A DNA stretch of 32,405 nt from an uncultured Lachnospiraceae bacterium (GCA_910586095.1 CAJUHQ010000024.1:1-32405), one strand, 5' to 3'. Numbered from the stretch's first letter, positions 1 to 9,596 are shown. Translations and numbers: made by a program. The notes: generated from the sequence alone by a model not told the origin.

Positions 1-115
1 TAGGCAGTGTCTTTTGCTGCCTTAGAACTATTTTTCACACTAACTCCCATCTGCCTGCTTCAGCAGGCGTACAAATCAGGATGGTGAAATTTTATATTTC
101 ACACTATCTCCCATT
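1..115 (-). repeat. REP/MITE-like hairpin repeat element, reverse orientation; may continue upstream of the window start
   Basis: Reverse complement reads GTGAAATATAAAATTTCAC-CATCCTGATTTGTACG-CCTGCtgaaGCAGG-CAGATGGGAGTTAG-TGTGAAAAAT. The same modular unit recurs at 16579-16683, 21656-21692, 26640-26800 and 32331-32405. It also contains the hairpin ggcagtgtcttttgctgcc. Confidence 0.7.
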
Positions 116-566
116 TTAAATCACTCCTTTTTATCTTTCTCCCATCTTCTTGCCCTTCGGGACAAGAAATATCTCTCGCTTAAAGAACGCAGTCAATTTT
201 TCACTAAAACGCTTTTATATGTTAATTCTATCTCTCTACTGACTAAAGTAAAAATTAATTTTGCTTAAAAAGTATATCCATTTTTTAATGGAAAATATAA
301 TATCTAAAAATTGCAAAAATCTGATAATATAAAATGCTTAACGTAACGAGAAATTATTTTGCGGACAAAGTTTTAAGGAGCAAATTTGAAGATTTACCCG
401 CAATTTAATGATTTACGCTTAACTTCAAATGACATTAAATTTCTTATAGTATGTTTTACCTTAACTTGTCATGCCTGCTTTGTATCGTATATGTGTGGAT
501 TTTAGAATGTAAAGTAGGATATGCGGTATAGAACGCCTACCTTAGATCGCAATTGTACCAAAATAA

Positions 567-693
567 CATGCTTATAATAAAAAGTGCATTATTACGTTTG
601 GCTTTATTGTATTAATAGAGTGAGAAATGTCATGCTTACAATAAAAAGCATAGAACAATTTTTCATTTGGTTTTGTTACATTAATAGAGTGAC
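567..693. repeat. Tandem direct repeat, 2 x ~64 bp (catgcttaYaataaaaag...attaatagagtga), in AT-rich non-coding DNA 3' of the flavoprotein gene
   Basis: Unit 1 starts at ~567 and unit 2 at ~630. Both begin catgcttaYaataaaaag and end ttaatagagtga. There is no ORF of 60 aa or more anywhere in 120-742. Confidence 0.6.
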
Positions 694-742
694 TTATTGT
701 CTGTATGCTCTAATGTTGTGTTATGCGATTGTGGTAATATTT

Positions 743-1291
743 TTATGAATTCAAAACTAGGGTACAAAATTCTTTTATCTCGTCAATTCGCGCTGCTACA
801 TCTTCTTTACATTCTATAGAACATAATCCCAATTTTCCACACGCCTCTATTTCAAGATGTCCATAAAAATGTTCAATACTACCTATAATCTTTTCACACT
901 CTGGCATACCTGGCCCTGTTCTTAATGCAATGGTGTATCCCTTTTTGCCGACTGAAAGCTTCGCATGTGGTTCGTGTGTATTGCACCAGGGCGTACATCT
1001 GTCAATAAAAACTTTAAATTGTCCAGGAATATCTGCCCAATAAGAAGGAGAAACCGATACTATTTTATCGGCCCATTCATATTGTGCCATCAATTTGTCC
1101 ACATCATCCTTTTGAAAACATTCTGCCGTTAAATGACACTTGCGGCATCCTTTACACAAATTAATATGATACTCGTCAATACAAACCGTGCAAACATCAT
1201 TATCCTTATTTACAAAGGAATTAACAATATTCACAATTTCTGCTGTTGCACCATTTCGCACGGGACTACAGTTAATAATAAGTATTTTCAT
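743..1291 (-). CDS. Flavodoxin-like fold NAD(P)H-dependent FMN reductase / iron-sulfur flavoprotein
   Basis: 182 aa. The N-terminus MKILIINCSPVRNGATAEIV is typical of flavodoxin-like FMN reductases. A Cys-rich CxxC..C cluster follows. The RBS is AAGGAAA, 6 nt before the ATG. Confidence 0.65.
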   Translation of the reverse strand: MKILIINCSPVRNGATAEIVNIVNSFVNKDNDVCTVCIDEYHINLCKGCRKCHLTAECFQKDDVDKLMAQYEWADKIVSVSPSYWADIPGQFKVFIDRCTPWCNTHEPHAKLSVGKKGYTIALRTGPGMPECEKIIGSIEHFYGHLEIEACGKLGLCSIECKEDVAARIDEIKEFCTLVLNS

Positions 1292-1765
1292 AAAGTTTTT
1301 CCTTCTTATCCTTTTTTATTTTTGAATAGAATACCATAATCATACTCACATTTCCACCCAATTTGCATGAAATTTCTTTGCCACTTTGTTTTGTCATGTT
1401 GGCTATTTTTTCTATCGGTTTTTATTCTAAAGAATTTTGTTTAAGTTTTCTTGATAGAATTGATGATCTTGGTTATGCACGTGGAGAATGACCGATTTTT
1501 GGACATTCCTCTATGTGAGATGTAGCCTTCTTTACAAAACACTTTTGCTGTGCGTATAAATTTGCGTTGCAAATCTAGAAGTACTTTTCACGTTTTACAT
1601 GTCGTTTTGCCTGTTTCAATGCCTTTTCTAAGTTTTTGATCGCTTTGTTTTTGGTTTTTAATTATCCTTGCCCTTTGTTCTTTTAATGCTATATGTATGG
1701 TTTCTAAAAATAAAATTCTCTTTTCGGAATCGTGTATCCATTGAAAATGAAGCTGTAAATATACA

Positions 1766-1794
1766 TTGAAGATGGTAGGTATATACTTTATAAT
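1766..1794 (+). promoter_or_regulatory. Candidate sigma-A promoter for the GNAT gene (-35 TTGAAG 1766-1771, 17-nt spacer, -10 TATAAT 1789-1794)
   Basis: Consensus-like hexamers with 17-bp spacing lie ~30 nt upstream of the GGAG RBS and ATG at 1827. Confidence 0.45.
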
Positions 1795-1826
1795 CAGATA
1801 TAAACAGAATTTATGGAGACAGTAGG

Positions 1827-2369
1827 ATGGATGAAATTATATTAATAGAGCCTCAAAAGAAGTATGCGGATGATATATGGGAATTTCGTCAAGAAATTTT
1901 AGAGTGCGATGTAGAGAATGAAGATCAATTTGCAGGTTGTCTATCGCTTGATGTAAGTAAGTCTGCTCAAGAGTGGATAAAAATATGTGAATTTAGAAAA
2001 TACGAAAAAACGTGCGAAAAAGTTGGAGCAACAGTTCCTTCACATACGTACGTAGCTGTGCGCAGGAGAGATGACAGAGTTGTAGGTGTGATCGATTTGC
2101 GTCATCATATAGATCATCCTATTCTTGGAACATGGGGAGGACATTGTGGGTATTCAGTGCGTCCTTCAGAACGCCAAAAAGGTTATGCAAAAGAAATGCT
2201 TCGTTTAAATATACAAAATGCAAAATCAATGGGAATAGAAAAACTTCTTATCACTTGTGATTTAAAAAATGAAGCCAGTGAAAAAACAATACTTGCCAAT
2301 GGTGGCGTTTATGAGAAAACCATAGATGTCAATGGAGAGAAGATAAAAAGATATTGGATTACAGTTTAA
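1827..2369 (+). CDS. GNAT family N-acetyltransferase
   Basis: 180 aa. An acetyl-CoA binding-type motif (VRPSERQKGYAKEML) is present. The RBS is GGAG, 8 nt upstream. Confidence 0.7.
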   Translation: MDEIILIEPQKKYADDIWEFRQEILECDVENEDQFAGCLSLDVSKSAQEWIKICEFRKYEKTCEKVGATVPSHTYVAVRRRDDRVVGVIDLRHHIDHPILGTWGGHCGYSVRPSERQKGYAKEMLRLNIQNAKSMGIEKLLITCDLKNEASEKTILANGGVYEKTIDVNGEKIKRYWITV

Positions 2370-2539
2370 GAAGTAGGTAAATGCCAGGTAAGTATAAATG
2401 CAGTAATGAATACATTGTTTTCAAACTTTATGCAGTAGGAACACTTTCCCGAAAAGGAGAAAGAAAAGGTAGCTGATTTTACATTAAGACAAATCCGCTA
2501 CCACAATAAAAAATATTCAATTATTGATATGATGTTGCT

Positions 2540-3538
2540 CTAAAGTAACTTGTCATTTTGTAAAATAATATAAGTCCCGATTTCGTCATCATATCTTAAA
2601 TAATCTAAATGCATCATATTATATAAATAGCACTTTACTTCATTCGTAGAAGAAAATTTTGTTGCCGCATAGGGAGATTCTGGATTAGTTTTTTCAAATA
2701 ATAAATATCCATTATTCATTTCAATCAAAGTGGCAGCATGTGAAGCACATATTCTGTCACCGCTTTGCGTCCAAAAAGTAATTAAAGAAAATGCACTTTC
2801 CTTGAATGAAATTTCCTGTTCATTCCATTGTTCACAAATGGCTTGAAACATTTCCTGCTCACTGCATTGTTCTGTAATGTGAATGGGATTAAATAGAGTA
2901 AAATATTCTGCTTGCACATTTTTATCCCAATCAATCAATGGAAAGGGAACATATGTTTTGTGATCGCCCTCTATAGCTTCTCGTCCAAAAAGAATATCGC
3001 CGTCTGTATAGAGCCACGCTGTATTTTCGTTCCAACAATCGAAATCTTCTTTTTTTATTACATTTCCTACTGAAATATTGTCTTGATTTAATTCATAAGC
3101 TACAATTCTGCAAACAACATCATGGTAATTTCTGTGATTAAGCTTAAACCATTGTGTAGACATAGGATAATATTCGCCATAATCAACTGCCATTTCGTCT
3201 ATTGTAATAAAATCCCCTGCTAAAGAAAAAGATTGACAGCCTCTCATGCTGTCATTGTAGTCTGTTACCCAACTTAATACAGTATCAACATAGTTTGTAG
3301 AAATACCAGCCTCTGTCAAAATATCTTCTATTTCTAGTATAGATGCATTACTGTCTAAATTGGAGTATGTCAATTGATTTTGTGAAACCATATCAGCATT
3401 TTGGAGGCTTGAAACTTCAGTACTTACTTGATGATTTTCTTGATGATTTTCTGTTGCCATACGTGCACTTTCTGTATTTCCACAAGCGGAACAAAGCAAC
3501 AAAATCAATGACACACATAAACAGGAAATTTTCTTCAT
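2540..3538 (-). CDS. Putative lipoprotein of unknown function (possibly a DUF4300-like secreted protein)
   Basis: 332 aa. It has a signal peptide with a lipobox (LLLCSAC/G), then a His/Gln-rich low-complexity linker, then a globular domain with a conserved-looking Cys/His pair (GDRICASHAATL). Confidence 0.55.
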   Translation of the reverse strand: MKKISCLCVSLILLLCSACGNTESARMATENHQENHQVSTEVSSLQNADMVSQNQLTYSNLDSNASILEIEDILTEAGISTNYVDTVLSWVTDYNDSMRGCQSFSLAGDFITIDEMAVDYGEYYPMSTQWFKLNHRNYHDVVCRIVAYELNQDNISVGNVIKKEDFDCWNENTAWLYTDGDILFGREAIEGDHKTYVPFPLIDWDKNVQAEYFTLFNPIHITEQCSEQEMFQAICEQWNEQEISFKESAFSLITFWTQSGDRICASHAATLIEMNNGYLLFEKTNPESPYAATKFSSTNEVKCYLYNMMHLDYLRYDDEIGTYIILQNDKLL

Positions 3539-3914
3539 ATGTTGCCAGACCTCCTTTTTACTTTCTGAATGTATTCATTGTATCACAACTTTTTTTGTAA
3601 TTCCACTCAATATGTTTAAGAGTTCTTTCAATTCATCTAATCAGATAAAAAAGTGGTATTTTTTTATCTGTAACAAACAGTTGATAGAACTACATAATCT
3701 TATCTGTTAAAGTGGAAAAGATTCGTTTGCATTTTGATAAAAGTTAAGTAAAACAGAAAAAGACAAAAGGGGTTTTGACATAAAAAGTAAAGCTATTTAT
3801 ACAAGAAAAGAGAATGTTAAAAGTTGATTTTAGAAACTTGTGCGTGTTTTTATGTCTTGAAATATGTAAATAGATAAAGTATGATATAAAATATAATTTT
3901 AGAGGAGGTTAATC

Positions 3915-4307
3915 ATGAAAAGGAAGATAAATCAAGTATTAAATAGTATTATGGGCTCCTTTACTGGTCTTTTTCTTGGTTCAGGGTTATATAGATACTG
4001 GCATTTTCAAAAATATCCAGATATATATGCCATGCAATCGGCTCCGTGGTATACCAGAACGCTAATACAAGGATTCTTTACGCTTGTATTAGTGGCGATT
4101 TGTATGATAATAAAAGTCACTCTTATAGAAAAGATAGAAATAATGAAGAAAATAGTATTGATTATGGGAATTATATTCCTGTTTTTAACAGTTGTAGGTA
4201 GCAGTTATGTCCTTATAAATCATGGACAAGTTAATGCGGGATATGCAGTAATCCCAGGAGTTTGGACGATACTATGTTTTGCATATTATCGCAGTGGGAA
4301 GCAGTAA
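3915..4307 (+). CDS. Small integral membrane protein, hypothetical
   Basis: 130 aa with four predicted hydrophobic helices. A GGAGG RBS lies 6 nt upstream. Confidence 0.5.
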   Translation: MKRKINQVLNSIMGSFTGLFLGSGLYRYWHFQKYPDIYAMQSAPWYTRTLIQGFFTLVLVAICMIIKVTLIEKIEIMKKIVLIMGIIFLFLTVVGSSYVLINHGQVNAGYAVIPGVWTILCFAYYRSGKQ

Positions 4308-4400
4308 CAGCACATACTATTTCGGTGGTTCTGTCAAAAATAACCTTCATGAGTATGAAATGTAGTACTTTTCCGAGAAGCAGCCTTTGGCTGAAAGTGG

Positions 4401-5360
4401 TTAGAAACTCTTCTCACACTTAACTTTACAAAGTGCTTGTACCATTCTTTCACGATTTTTATATTCTCTCGAAGCAGGTATCTTTGCTACTTTTTTATTC
4501 TTTTCATAGATCTCAATCATCATAAGAGCGTTGCCATCATAAACTGGTTTCGCAGAGCAGAAATGCATATCATACTTCTTTGAAAATCCGCATTTTTTGC
4601 GTGTGAGTATCTTACTTTCCTTATCATAGGTGGTACTGCTCATTTGATATCCTAGACAAAATACGAACATTAAGATTGTACAAGAAAGCGAAAAATCATA
4701 CAAAAATAAAATGAATACCATACCACCACATATACACCATAATAAGCACATTAAAAATGGATGCAGACAGATTGTAATGGTAGAACACTCTTCCCACTCA
4801 AATTGACATTTGAGATGTTCTTTTTCCACGATTTCTTTATAAAAATAGCTTTCTTCTTTATCAAATTTTAGCTTCCTTCCATCTTTAAATATAAGCTTAA
4901 TGCCTCCTGTATTTGTATAATATGTATGCTCTATGTCCTGACAATTAAACTTATGTACTACATGAAAAATATTTCTATAAATGATCTCTCCATCTTTGTA
5001 TATCATCATGAAATTTCTTTGATACACCACAAGAAAAAGTCCCAAAGCAAACAGACTACCAAAAACGATAGTACAAATGGTTAGGGCCATTGTATCCTTT
5101 GTAAACAACAGAGACACTATCATAAATACACTCCAAATTAGCATGCTAATCCCCCCAAATACAAAAATAATTTTAGGAGGTTTCAATATACCAATATTGT
5201 TTTGCTGACTTTTTGCATAGTCTTTGATAGTTTTATGAACTGCCAACTTTGATAGTAAATTCACATCATACACAATATGCCGTTTGACAGGCAGTATGGC
5301 CGTCCTCACTATGAAAGTCGATAACTTTCGTAGTAACTTTGTTAAAAATGCTTGCATCAT
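4401..5360 (-). CDS. Hypothetical membrane protein (basic N-terminal region, 2+2 TM helices, Cys-rich); belongs to a locally duplicated family
   Basis: 319 aa in an AT-rich region. The N-terminal ~50 codons are conserved in a decayed copy at 26250-26380. The last 7 codons plus the stop are identical to a fragment at 21690-21712. Confidence 0.55.
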   Translation of the reverse strand: MMQAFLTKLLRKLSTFIVRTAILPVKRHIVYDVNLLSKLAVHKTIKDYAKSQQNNIGILKPPKIIFVFGGISMLIWSVFMIVSLLFTKDTMALTICTIVFGSLFALGLFLVVYQRNFMMIYKDGEIIYRNIFHVVHKFNCQDIEHTYYTNTGGIKLIFKDGRKLKFDKEESYFYKEIVEKEHLKCQFEWEECSTITICLHPFLMCLLWCICGGMVFILFLYDFSLSCTILMFVFCLGYQMSSTTYDKESKILTRKKCGFSKKYDMHFCSAKPVYDGNALMMIEIYEKNKKVAKIPASREYKNRERMVQALCKVKCEKSF

Positions 5361-5541
5361 AATTCCTCTATGTGTCTATTTCGTTAGGTCCAAATTATAA
5401 TATTCTCATATATCAATACCACAATAAAAATCAGTATAGTCCTGTCATTTTTCTAAATGTATAGATTCTATTTCCTTCTCTCAAAAGGATCGCTTGCTCT
5501 TTTTTGAAAAAGAAAGTATCAAGAAGAACTCTTGAATAGAT

Positions 5542-6480
5542 TCAAATAGTTTCTTCATAGTCATCTGCCGTGGTATTCCAAAAAATAGAATGTTCAGGAT
5601 GCTCCATATACCGTTGCCATTGATGTGGAAGTTCATCCGCAAAAAGAGAAACCATGCCTCCTACGATGGCGCATATAGTATCCCGATCTCCCAAAGCAGA
5701 AACAGCCGTCCACAATGCTTCCTCTATGGAAGTATAAAAATATGCTGCACACCAAAGACAAAGCGGAACCGTATCCTGTGCTGTCAGGCAGATTCCATTT
5801 CCAAGTGTAGAGACTACAAAATCAATATTGCTCTCTTTTTTGATAGAAACCGCAGACAATATTTTATATTTGGTATCACTTTCTGGTAATTGATTTGCAA
5901 CATCCCGCAGAAAAGTTTCTCCCTCTCCAAAATACTGTCCTAGCTTTTTATTGAGAAGCAGCGCCGACGCTATGGCAACAGCCATTGCGCCCACGATTCC
6001 TTCTATATGTGCATGAGTCACTTCAGCAGATGCCCTGGCATAGTACAGAACCTTGTCCAAATCATCTGCAAAATATGCACCTATAGGTGCGACACGCATG
6101 GCACCGCCATTTCCCATAGAACCCATTCCATCAAATGCTGCTGAGGCAACATCCTGCCAATGCTGTCCTTCTTTTATACTTCGTAAAATAGAATGTGCTG
6201 TTCCTCCATATCCCCGATGCCAGTCCAGCGCATAATTCTTTGCAAAAATACTGGCTAATGCGTCCTGATTTATTGTTCCATAGATTTCCAGAGTACGATA
6301 TATTCCAATTGCCATCACAGTATCATCGGTAAAATACCAAGGTTCATTCAAAATTTCTCTCTTTTTTATTTTTTCACAGGCTATTTCATCAGGCATGAAA
6401 TAGCTTTGCCCAAAACAATCTCCTAATGCGATGCCATCCAATGCACGTTTTGCGTATTTTATTCTATCTTTTGTTTCCAA
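5542..6480 (-). CDS. ADP-ribosylglycohydrolase family protein (DraG-like)
   Basis: 312 aa. The N-terminus DRIKYAKRALDGIALGDCFG and the C-terminal DTICAIVGGM-like motifs are typical of this family. Confidence 0.75.
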   Translation of the reverse strand: METKDRIKYAKRALDGIALGDCFGQSYFMPDEIACEKIKKREILNEPWYFTDDTVMAIGIYRTLEIYGTINQDALASIFAKNYALDWHRGYGGTAHSILRSIKEGQHWQDVASAAFDGMGSMGNGGAMRVAPIGAYFADDLDKVLYYARASAEVTHAHIEGIVGAMAVAIASALLLNKKLGQYFGEGETFLRDVANQLPESDTKYKILSAVSIKKESNIDFVVSTLGNGICLTAQDTVPLCLWCAAYFYTSIEEALWTAVSALGDRDTICAIVGGMVSLFADELPHQWQRYMEHPEHSIFWNTTADDYEETI

Positions 6481-6719
6481 TTTATAAATCCCTCCAGACT
6501 CATTTCTTTACTTGAATCATATAAGTATAATTTATTTTTATCAGATACACAATTCCAAAAAAGGAAGGTATCCAATACAATGCCAGACGAAAAGCCTTAT
6601 TGTAGAGTTTTGTGGAACCAGCCAATCATATTCTCTACATAGCAAAAGTGTAGGATTAACTAATCATCAACTGGATTTGTCATTTTTTCTAGTGAGTACA
6701 CGTATTAAGGTGAACTGGT

Positions 6720-7253
6720 CTATAATGCAGTTTTTTTAGTAGGAACAAAAAAGGTAGATAAATCAATCTTTTCTAGAGTGAGCAATTGCACTTTTTTGTC
6801 AAGCCCACCTGCATAACCAGTTAAACTTCCGTTAGTGCCAACAATGCGATGGCAAGGGATAATCAAAGAAATAGGGTTATGGCTGACAGCGTTACCGATT
6901 GCATGAGCCGACATTTGCGAAAGTCCATTTCGTTTTGCGTATTTTTCTGCAATAGCCTTATATGTCATTGTCTGCCCAAAAGGAATAGTGAGCATAATTT
7001 CCCATACTGCCTTGCGAAAATTAGTCCCCTTTAGAGAAAGAGCAGGGCTAAAGTCTGGAGCTTTTCCACTAAAATAAATAGTAAGCCACTGTTTTGTCTG
7101 CTCAAAAATAGGAAGCTGCCTTTGCTCAGTAGGCTCAGTAAGCGTACTACCAAAATATTTTTGATTTTCAAACCATAGACCTGTCAGTGATGTTGTGTCG
7201 CTAGCCAATACAATTTTACCTAAAGGAGAATGATAATAATCGATATACTCCAT
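6720..7253 (-). CDS. ogt: Methylated-DNA--protein-cysteine S-methyltransferase (Ogt/MGMT)
   Basis: Active-site motif IPCHRIVG. The start is placed at MEYIDYY (ATG at 7251-7253), which has a GGGAGG RBS 5 nt upstream. The longer ORF to 7295 would begin inside the upstream terminator stem. Confidence 0.85.
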   Translation of the reverse strand: MEYIDYYHSPLGKIVLASDTTSLTGLWFENQKYFGSTLTEPTEQRQLPIFEQTKQWLTIYFSGKAPDFSPALSLKGTNFRKAVWEIMLTIPFGQTMTYKAIAEKYAKRNGLSQMSAHAIGNAVSHNPISLIIPCHRIVGTNGSLTGYAGGLDKKVQLLTLEKIDLSTFFVPTKKTAL

Positions 7254-7282
7254 TGAAACCTCCCAATGATGTTGGTAATAAC

Positions 7283-7323
7283 AAAAACGAAGCATTAAAA
7301 AATAGACATGATTGCTTCGTTTT
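7283..7323 (-). terminator. Rho-independent terminator of the LuxR-type regulator gene (11-bp stem aaaacgaagca/tgcttcgtttt, 18-nt loop)
   Basis: A perfect inverted repeat overlaps the regulator's stop codon at 7322-7324 and is followed by a U-run on the minus-strand RNA. Confidence 0.55.
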
Positions 7324-7972
7324 AATCATAGATACTTATGATACCATTTCTAACACAGAATAAAGCGGCCTGCGTTCTGTCAATACATTCAATTTTGCGA
7401 AAAATTGCTGAAAGATGATTTTTTACAGTGCGTTCACTAATACATAACAGATCTCCAATTTCTCTGTTAAGATAGCCTAATGCAGTAAATTTTAAAACTT
7501 CCATCTCACGTTTAGAAAGTGTCGCAATCTTTTTTTGCTCTAAATTGTGTGCAATAATCATAGTATTGAACAGAGGAAGCAGATTAGACTGGATAAAAAG
7601 TTCGCCTTGATAGACGCAGTCAATTGCAAAAACTAATTCATCAATGCCAGAATTCTTTATAATATATCCATCCGCACCCAAATGCATAGACTGAAACAAA
7701 CATGCAGAATGAGTATCTCCAGAAAGTATAAGAATTTTAGGTCTTTTTCTTCGGTTTTGCAGAACTTGGAGTGTTTCAATACCACTCATAGTAGGCATGT
7801 TGATGTCAAGAAGAATAATATCGGGCTTGACACGATGAAGTTTGGATAGACAGGTTTGTCCGCTGTCAGCTTCTGCCACGACTTCAATATGGTGGGAATA
7901 GTTTGCCTTTAACAAGAGCTGTATGCCTTCGCGAAACAGTTTGTGATCGTCAACAAGCATCACTTTAATCAT
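7322..7972 (-). CDS. Response regulator, NarL/FixJ (LuxR-HTH) family; no cognate kinase adjacent
   Basis: 216 aa. It has a REC domain (MIKVMLVDDH...DINMP) and a C-terminal LuxR-type HTH (SKREMEVLKFTALGYLNREIGDLLCISERTVKNH). The RBS is GGAGG. Confidence 0.85.
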   Translation of the reverse strand: MIKVMLVDDHKLFREGIQLLLKANYSHHIEVVAEADSGQTCLSKLHRVKPDIILLDINMPTMSGIETLQVLQNRRKRPKILILSGDTHSACLFQSMHLGADGYIIKNSGIDELVFAIDCVYQGELFIQSNLLPLFNTMIIAHNLEQKKIATLSKREMEVLKFTALGYLNREIGDLLCISERTVKNHLSAIFRKIECIDRTQAALFCVRNGIISIYD

Positions 7973-8030
7973 GAAATGGCCTCCATAGTAGTCTTTGGAG
8001 AATATCTATGTGTTATACTAAAATATTCTT

Positions 8031-8774
8031 TTATAAAGGTTCTTTTGAAGGCAATCCTGCCTTGCGTGGATATTTTTTTGGAGTTTCCTTCACCTTTTGT
8101 ATAACCAAAAGAGTCCTATGAATATCAGAAGATGGAAGTACAAATTCTTTTTGTTTGCAAATTACTGCGCCAAGTAATTCAATGGCTTTTGTGGACATAG
8201 CAATCTCTTCTTCTGCGCGTTCAGATTTATATGCAATAAAATAGCCGCCAATTTTTACATAGGGTAAACAATATTCTGATAATGTAGAGAGATTGGCTAC
8301 AGCGCGCGAAACACACAAATCAAATTTTTCGCGCAGCAATGTTTCTTTTGCAAAATCTTCTGCTCTTCCATGAATGGTTTCCACATCCTCTAACTGCAAT
8401 TGTCCAACGACTTCATTAAGATAAGTAATGCGTTTTTTTAGCGAATCGAGTAGGGTGATCCGCAGTTGTGGAAAAGCAATTTTCAAGGCAATGCCTGGAA
8501 AACCTGCGCCAGTTCCTATGTCAATTAATGTATATTCTTTTGGAAAAGGAGGTATGTCGTTAGGAAAAAGGGTGGATATAGAAAGGCTATCAATAAAGTG
8601 TTTTGTACAAACTTCTTCGAATTCGGTGATGGCAGTTAAATTCATAACCTGATTCCACTCTGTTAGTAGTTCATAATAGTGTACAAATTGATCGAACTGA
8701 TATTCTGATAAATGAATCTGCAACTGTAATAAGTTGTCTTTAAATTTTATTAAGTCATATGAGTGTGAACTCAT
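8031..8774 (-). CDS. rsmG: 16S rRNA (guanine527-N7)-methyltransferase RsmG (GidB)
   Basis: 247 aa. It has the characteristic N-terminal motif NLTAI...KHFIDSL and the SAM-binding motif IDIGTGAGFPG. Confidence 0.9.
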   Translation of the reverse strand: MSSHSYDLIKFKDNLLQLQIHLSEYQFDQFVHYYELLTEWNQVMNLTAITEFEEVCTKHFIDSLSISTLFPNDIPPFPKEYTLIDIGTGAGFPGIALKIAFPQLRITLLDSLKKRITYLNEVVGQLQLEDVETIHGRAEDFAKETLLREKFDLCVSRAVANLSTLSEYCLPYVKIGGYFIAYKSERAEEEIAMSTKAIELLGAVICKQKEFVLPSSDIHRTLLVIQKVKETPKKYPRKAGLPSKEPL

Positions 8775-8941
8775 CTTGCTACTCCTCTATTTTAAGTAAA
8801 ATATGGAAATGGTTAGTAATTGTATAAAAAGTTCTACAATTTTTTCTCACAATAATTTTGTACTATTTTATATTTTGGCAATATAATAATCAATATTGTT
8901 TGTCATTTGTAAAGGTTGCATTAGAATAAATCAAAATTATT

Positions 8942-9331
8942 TTAGAGCAGTGTATCTAAAATATGGACTAAGGCATCAATATCAATGGGCTTTGCAATGT
9001 AATCATTCATTCCAGCAACTTTAATTTTTTTGAGATCGTCAGAGTAGGTGTCAGCAGTTATTGCAATGATAGGTAGAAGTTCTAGGTCTTTACGACCAGA
9101 TGCTCTTATAGTGGTGGATGCCTCATATCCATTCATGACAGGCATCTGAATATCCATTAAAACCATTAGATAGGTTCCAGGGACTGATTCTAACAAACGA
9201 TCTACAGCTTCCTTTCCATTGTAGGCTTTATCGACCTCAAAGCCTTTAATATTGAGAATTCCCTCAGTCATCTCCATATTTAATTCATTATCTTCCACTA
9301 CTAATATTCGTGGGGTTGCAGGTTTGTTCAT
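8942..9331 (-). CDS. Single-domain response regulator (REC only, CheY-like)
   Basis: The start is placed at MNKPATP (ATG at 9329-9331), with an AAGGAGA RBS 7 nt upstream. The phospho-acceptor region is LMDIQMP and a conserved Lys is present (KP). Confidence 0.8.
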   Translation of the reverse strand: MNKPATPRILVVEDNELNMEMTEGILNIKGFEVDKAYNGKEAVDRLLESVPGTYLMVLMDIQMPVMNGYEASTTIRASGRKDLELLPIIAITADTYSDDLKKIKVAGMNDYIAKPIDIDALVHILDTLL

Positions 9332-9427
9332 TACACTTCTCCTTATCAAGCGAAATCTTATTATTTTTTATTGTACATGAATATAAGCAGTGTATCAAGG
9401 AAAATACAAAAAAATTTATGTATCACA

Positions 9428-9560
9428 TGTTACTATTCAGCCATACCCATTTCATGTCGGGCGTCAGCCCTATAAAATCGAATATACAAAATGCCTTATG
9501 CGAGCAAACTCCCAACAGCATTTTGTATATTCAATTTTGCATGGCTGAACTGTTACTATT
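9428..9560 (+). other. Large nested inverted-repeat element; a candidate structured RNA or regulatory element between the MCP terminator and the REC gene
   Basis: A perfect 14-bp stem (aatatacaaaatgc 9481-9494 / gcattttgtatatt 9518-9531, 23-nt loop) is nested inside an outer inverted repeat (ttcagccat / atggctgaa). The element also carries a direct repeat of tgttactatt. Confidence 0.4.
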
Positions 9561-9596
9561 ACATAGTGGCATATTTTTGTTGTACGGGGCTGTACA

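Noticed and set aside
500-560. tRNA-like segment (gtaggatatgcggtatagaacgcctacc...)
   Set aside because: It contains a short stem, but there are no T-loop (GTTCRANYC) or D-loop signatures and no acceptor-stem pairing. It is not a tRNA.
5590-6235. Plus-strand ORFs of 99 and 60 aa within the ADP-ribosylglycohydrolase gene
   Set aside because: They are antisense to a well-supported coding sequence and have no translation signals.
6720-7295. Longer ogt ORF starting at MLRFCYY (7295)
   Set aside because: That ATG lies inside the left arm of the upstream gene's terminator hairpin and has no RBS. The ATG at 7253 has a GGGAGG RBS at ideal spacing, and conserved Ogt N-termini begin there.
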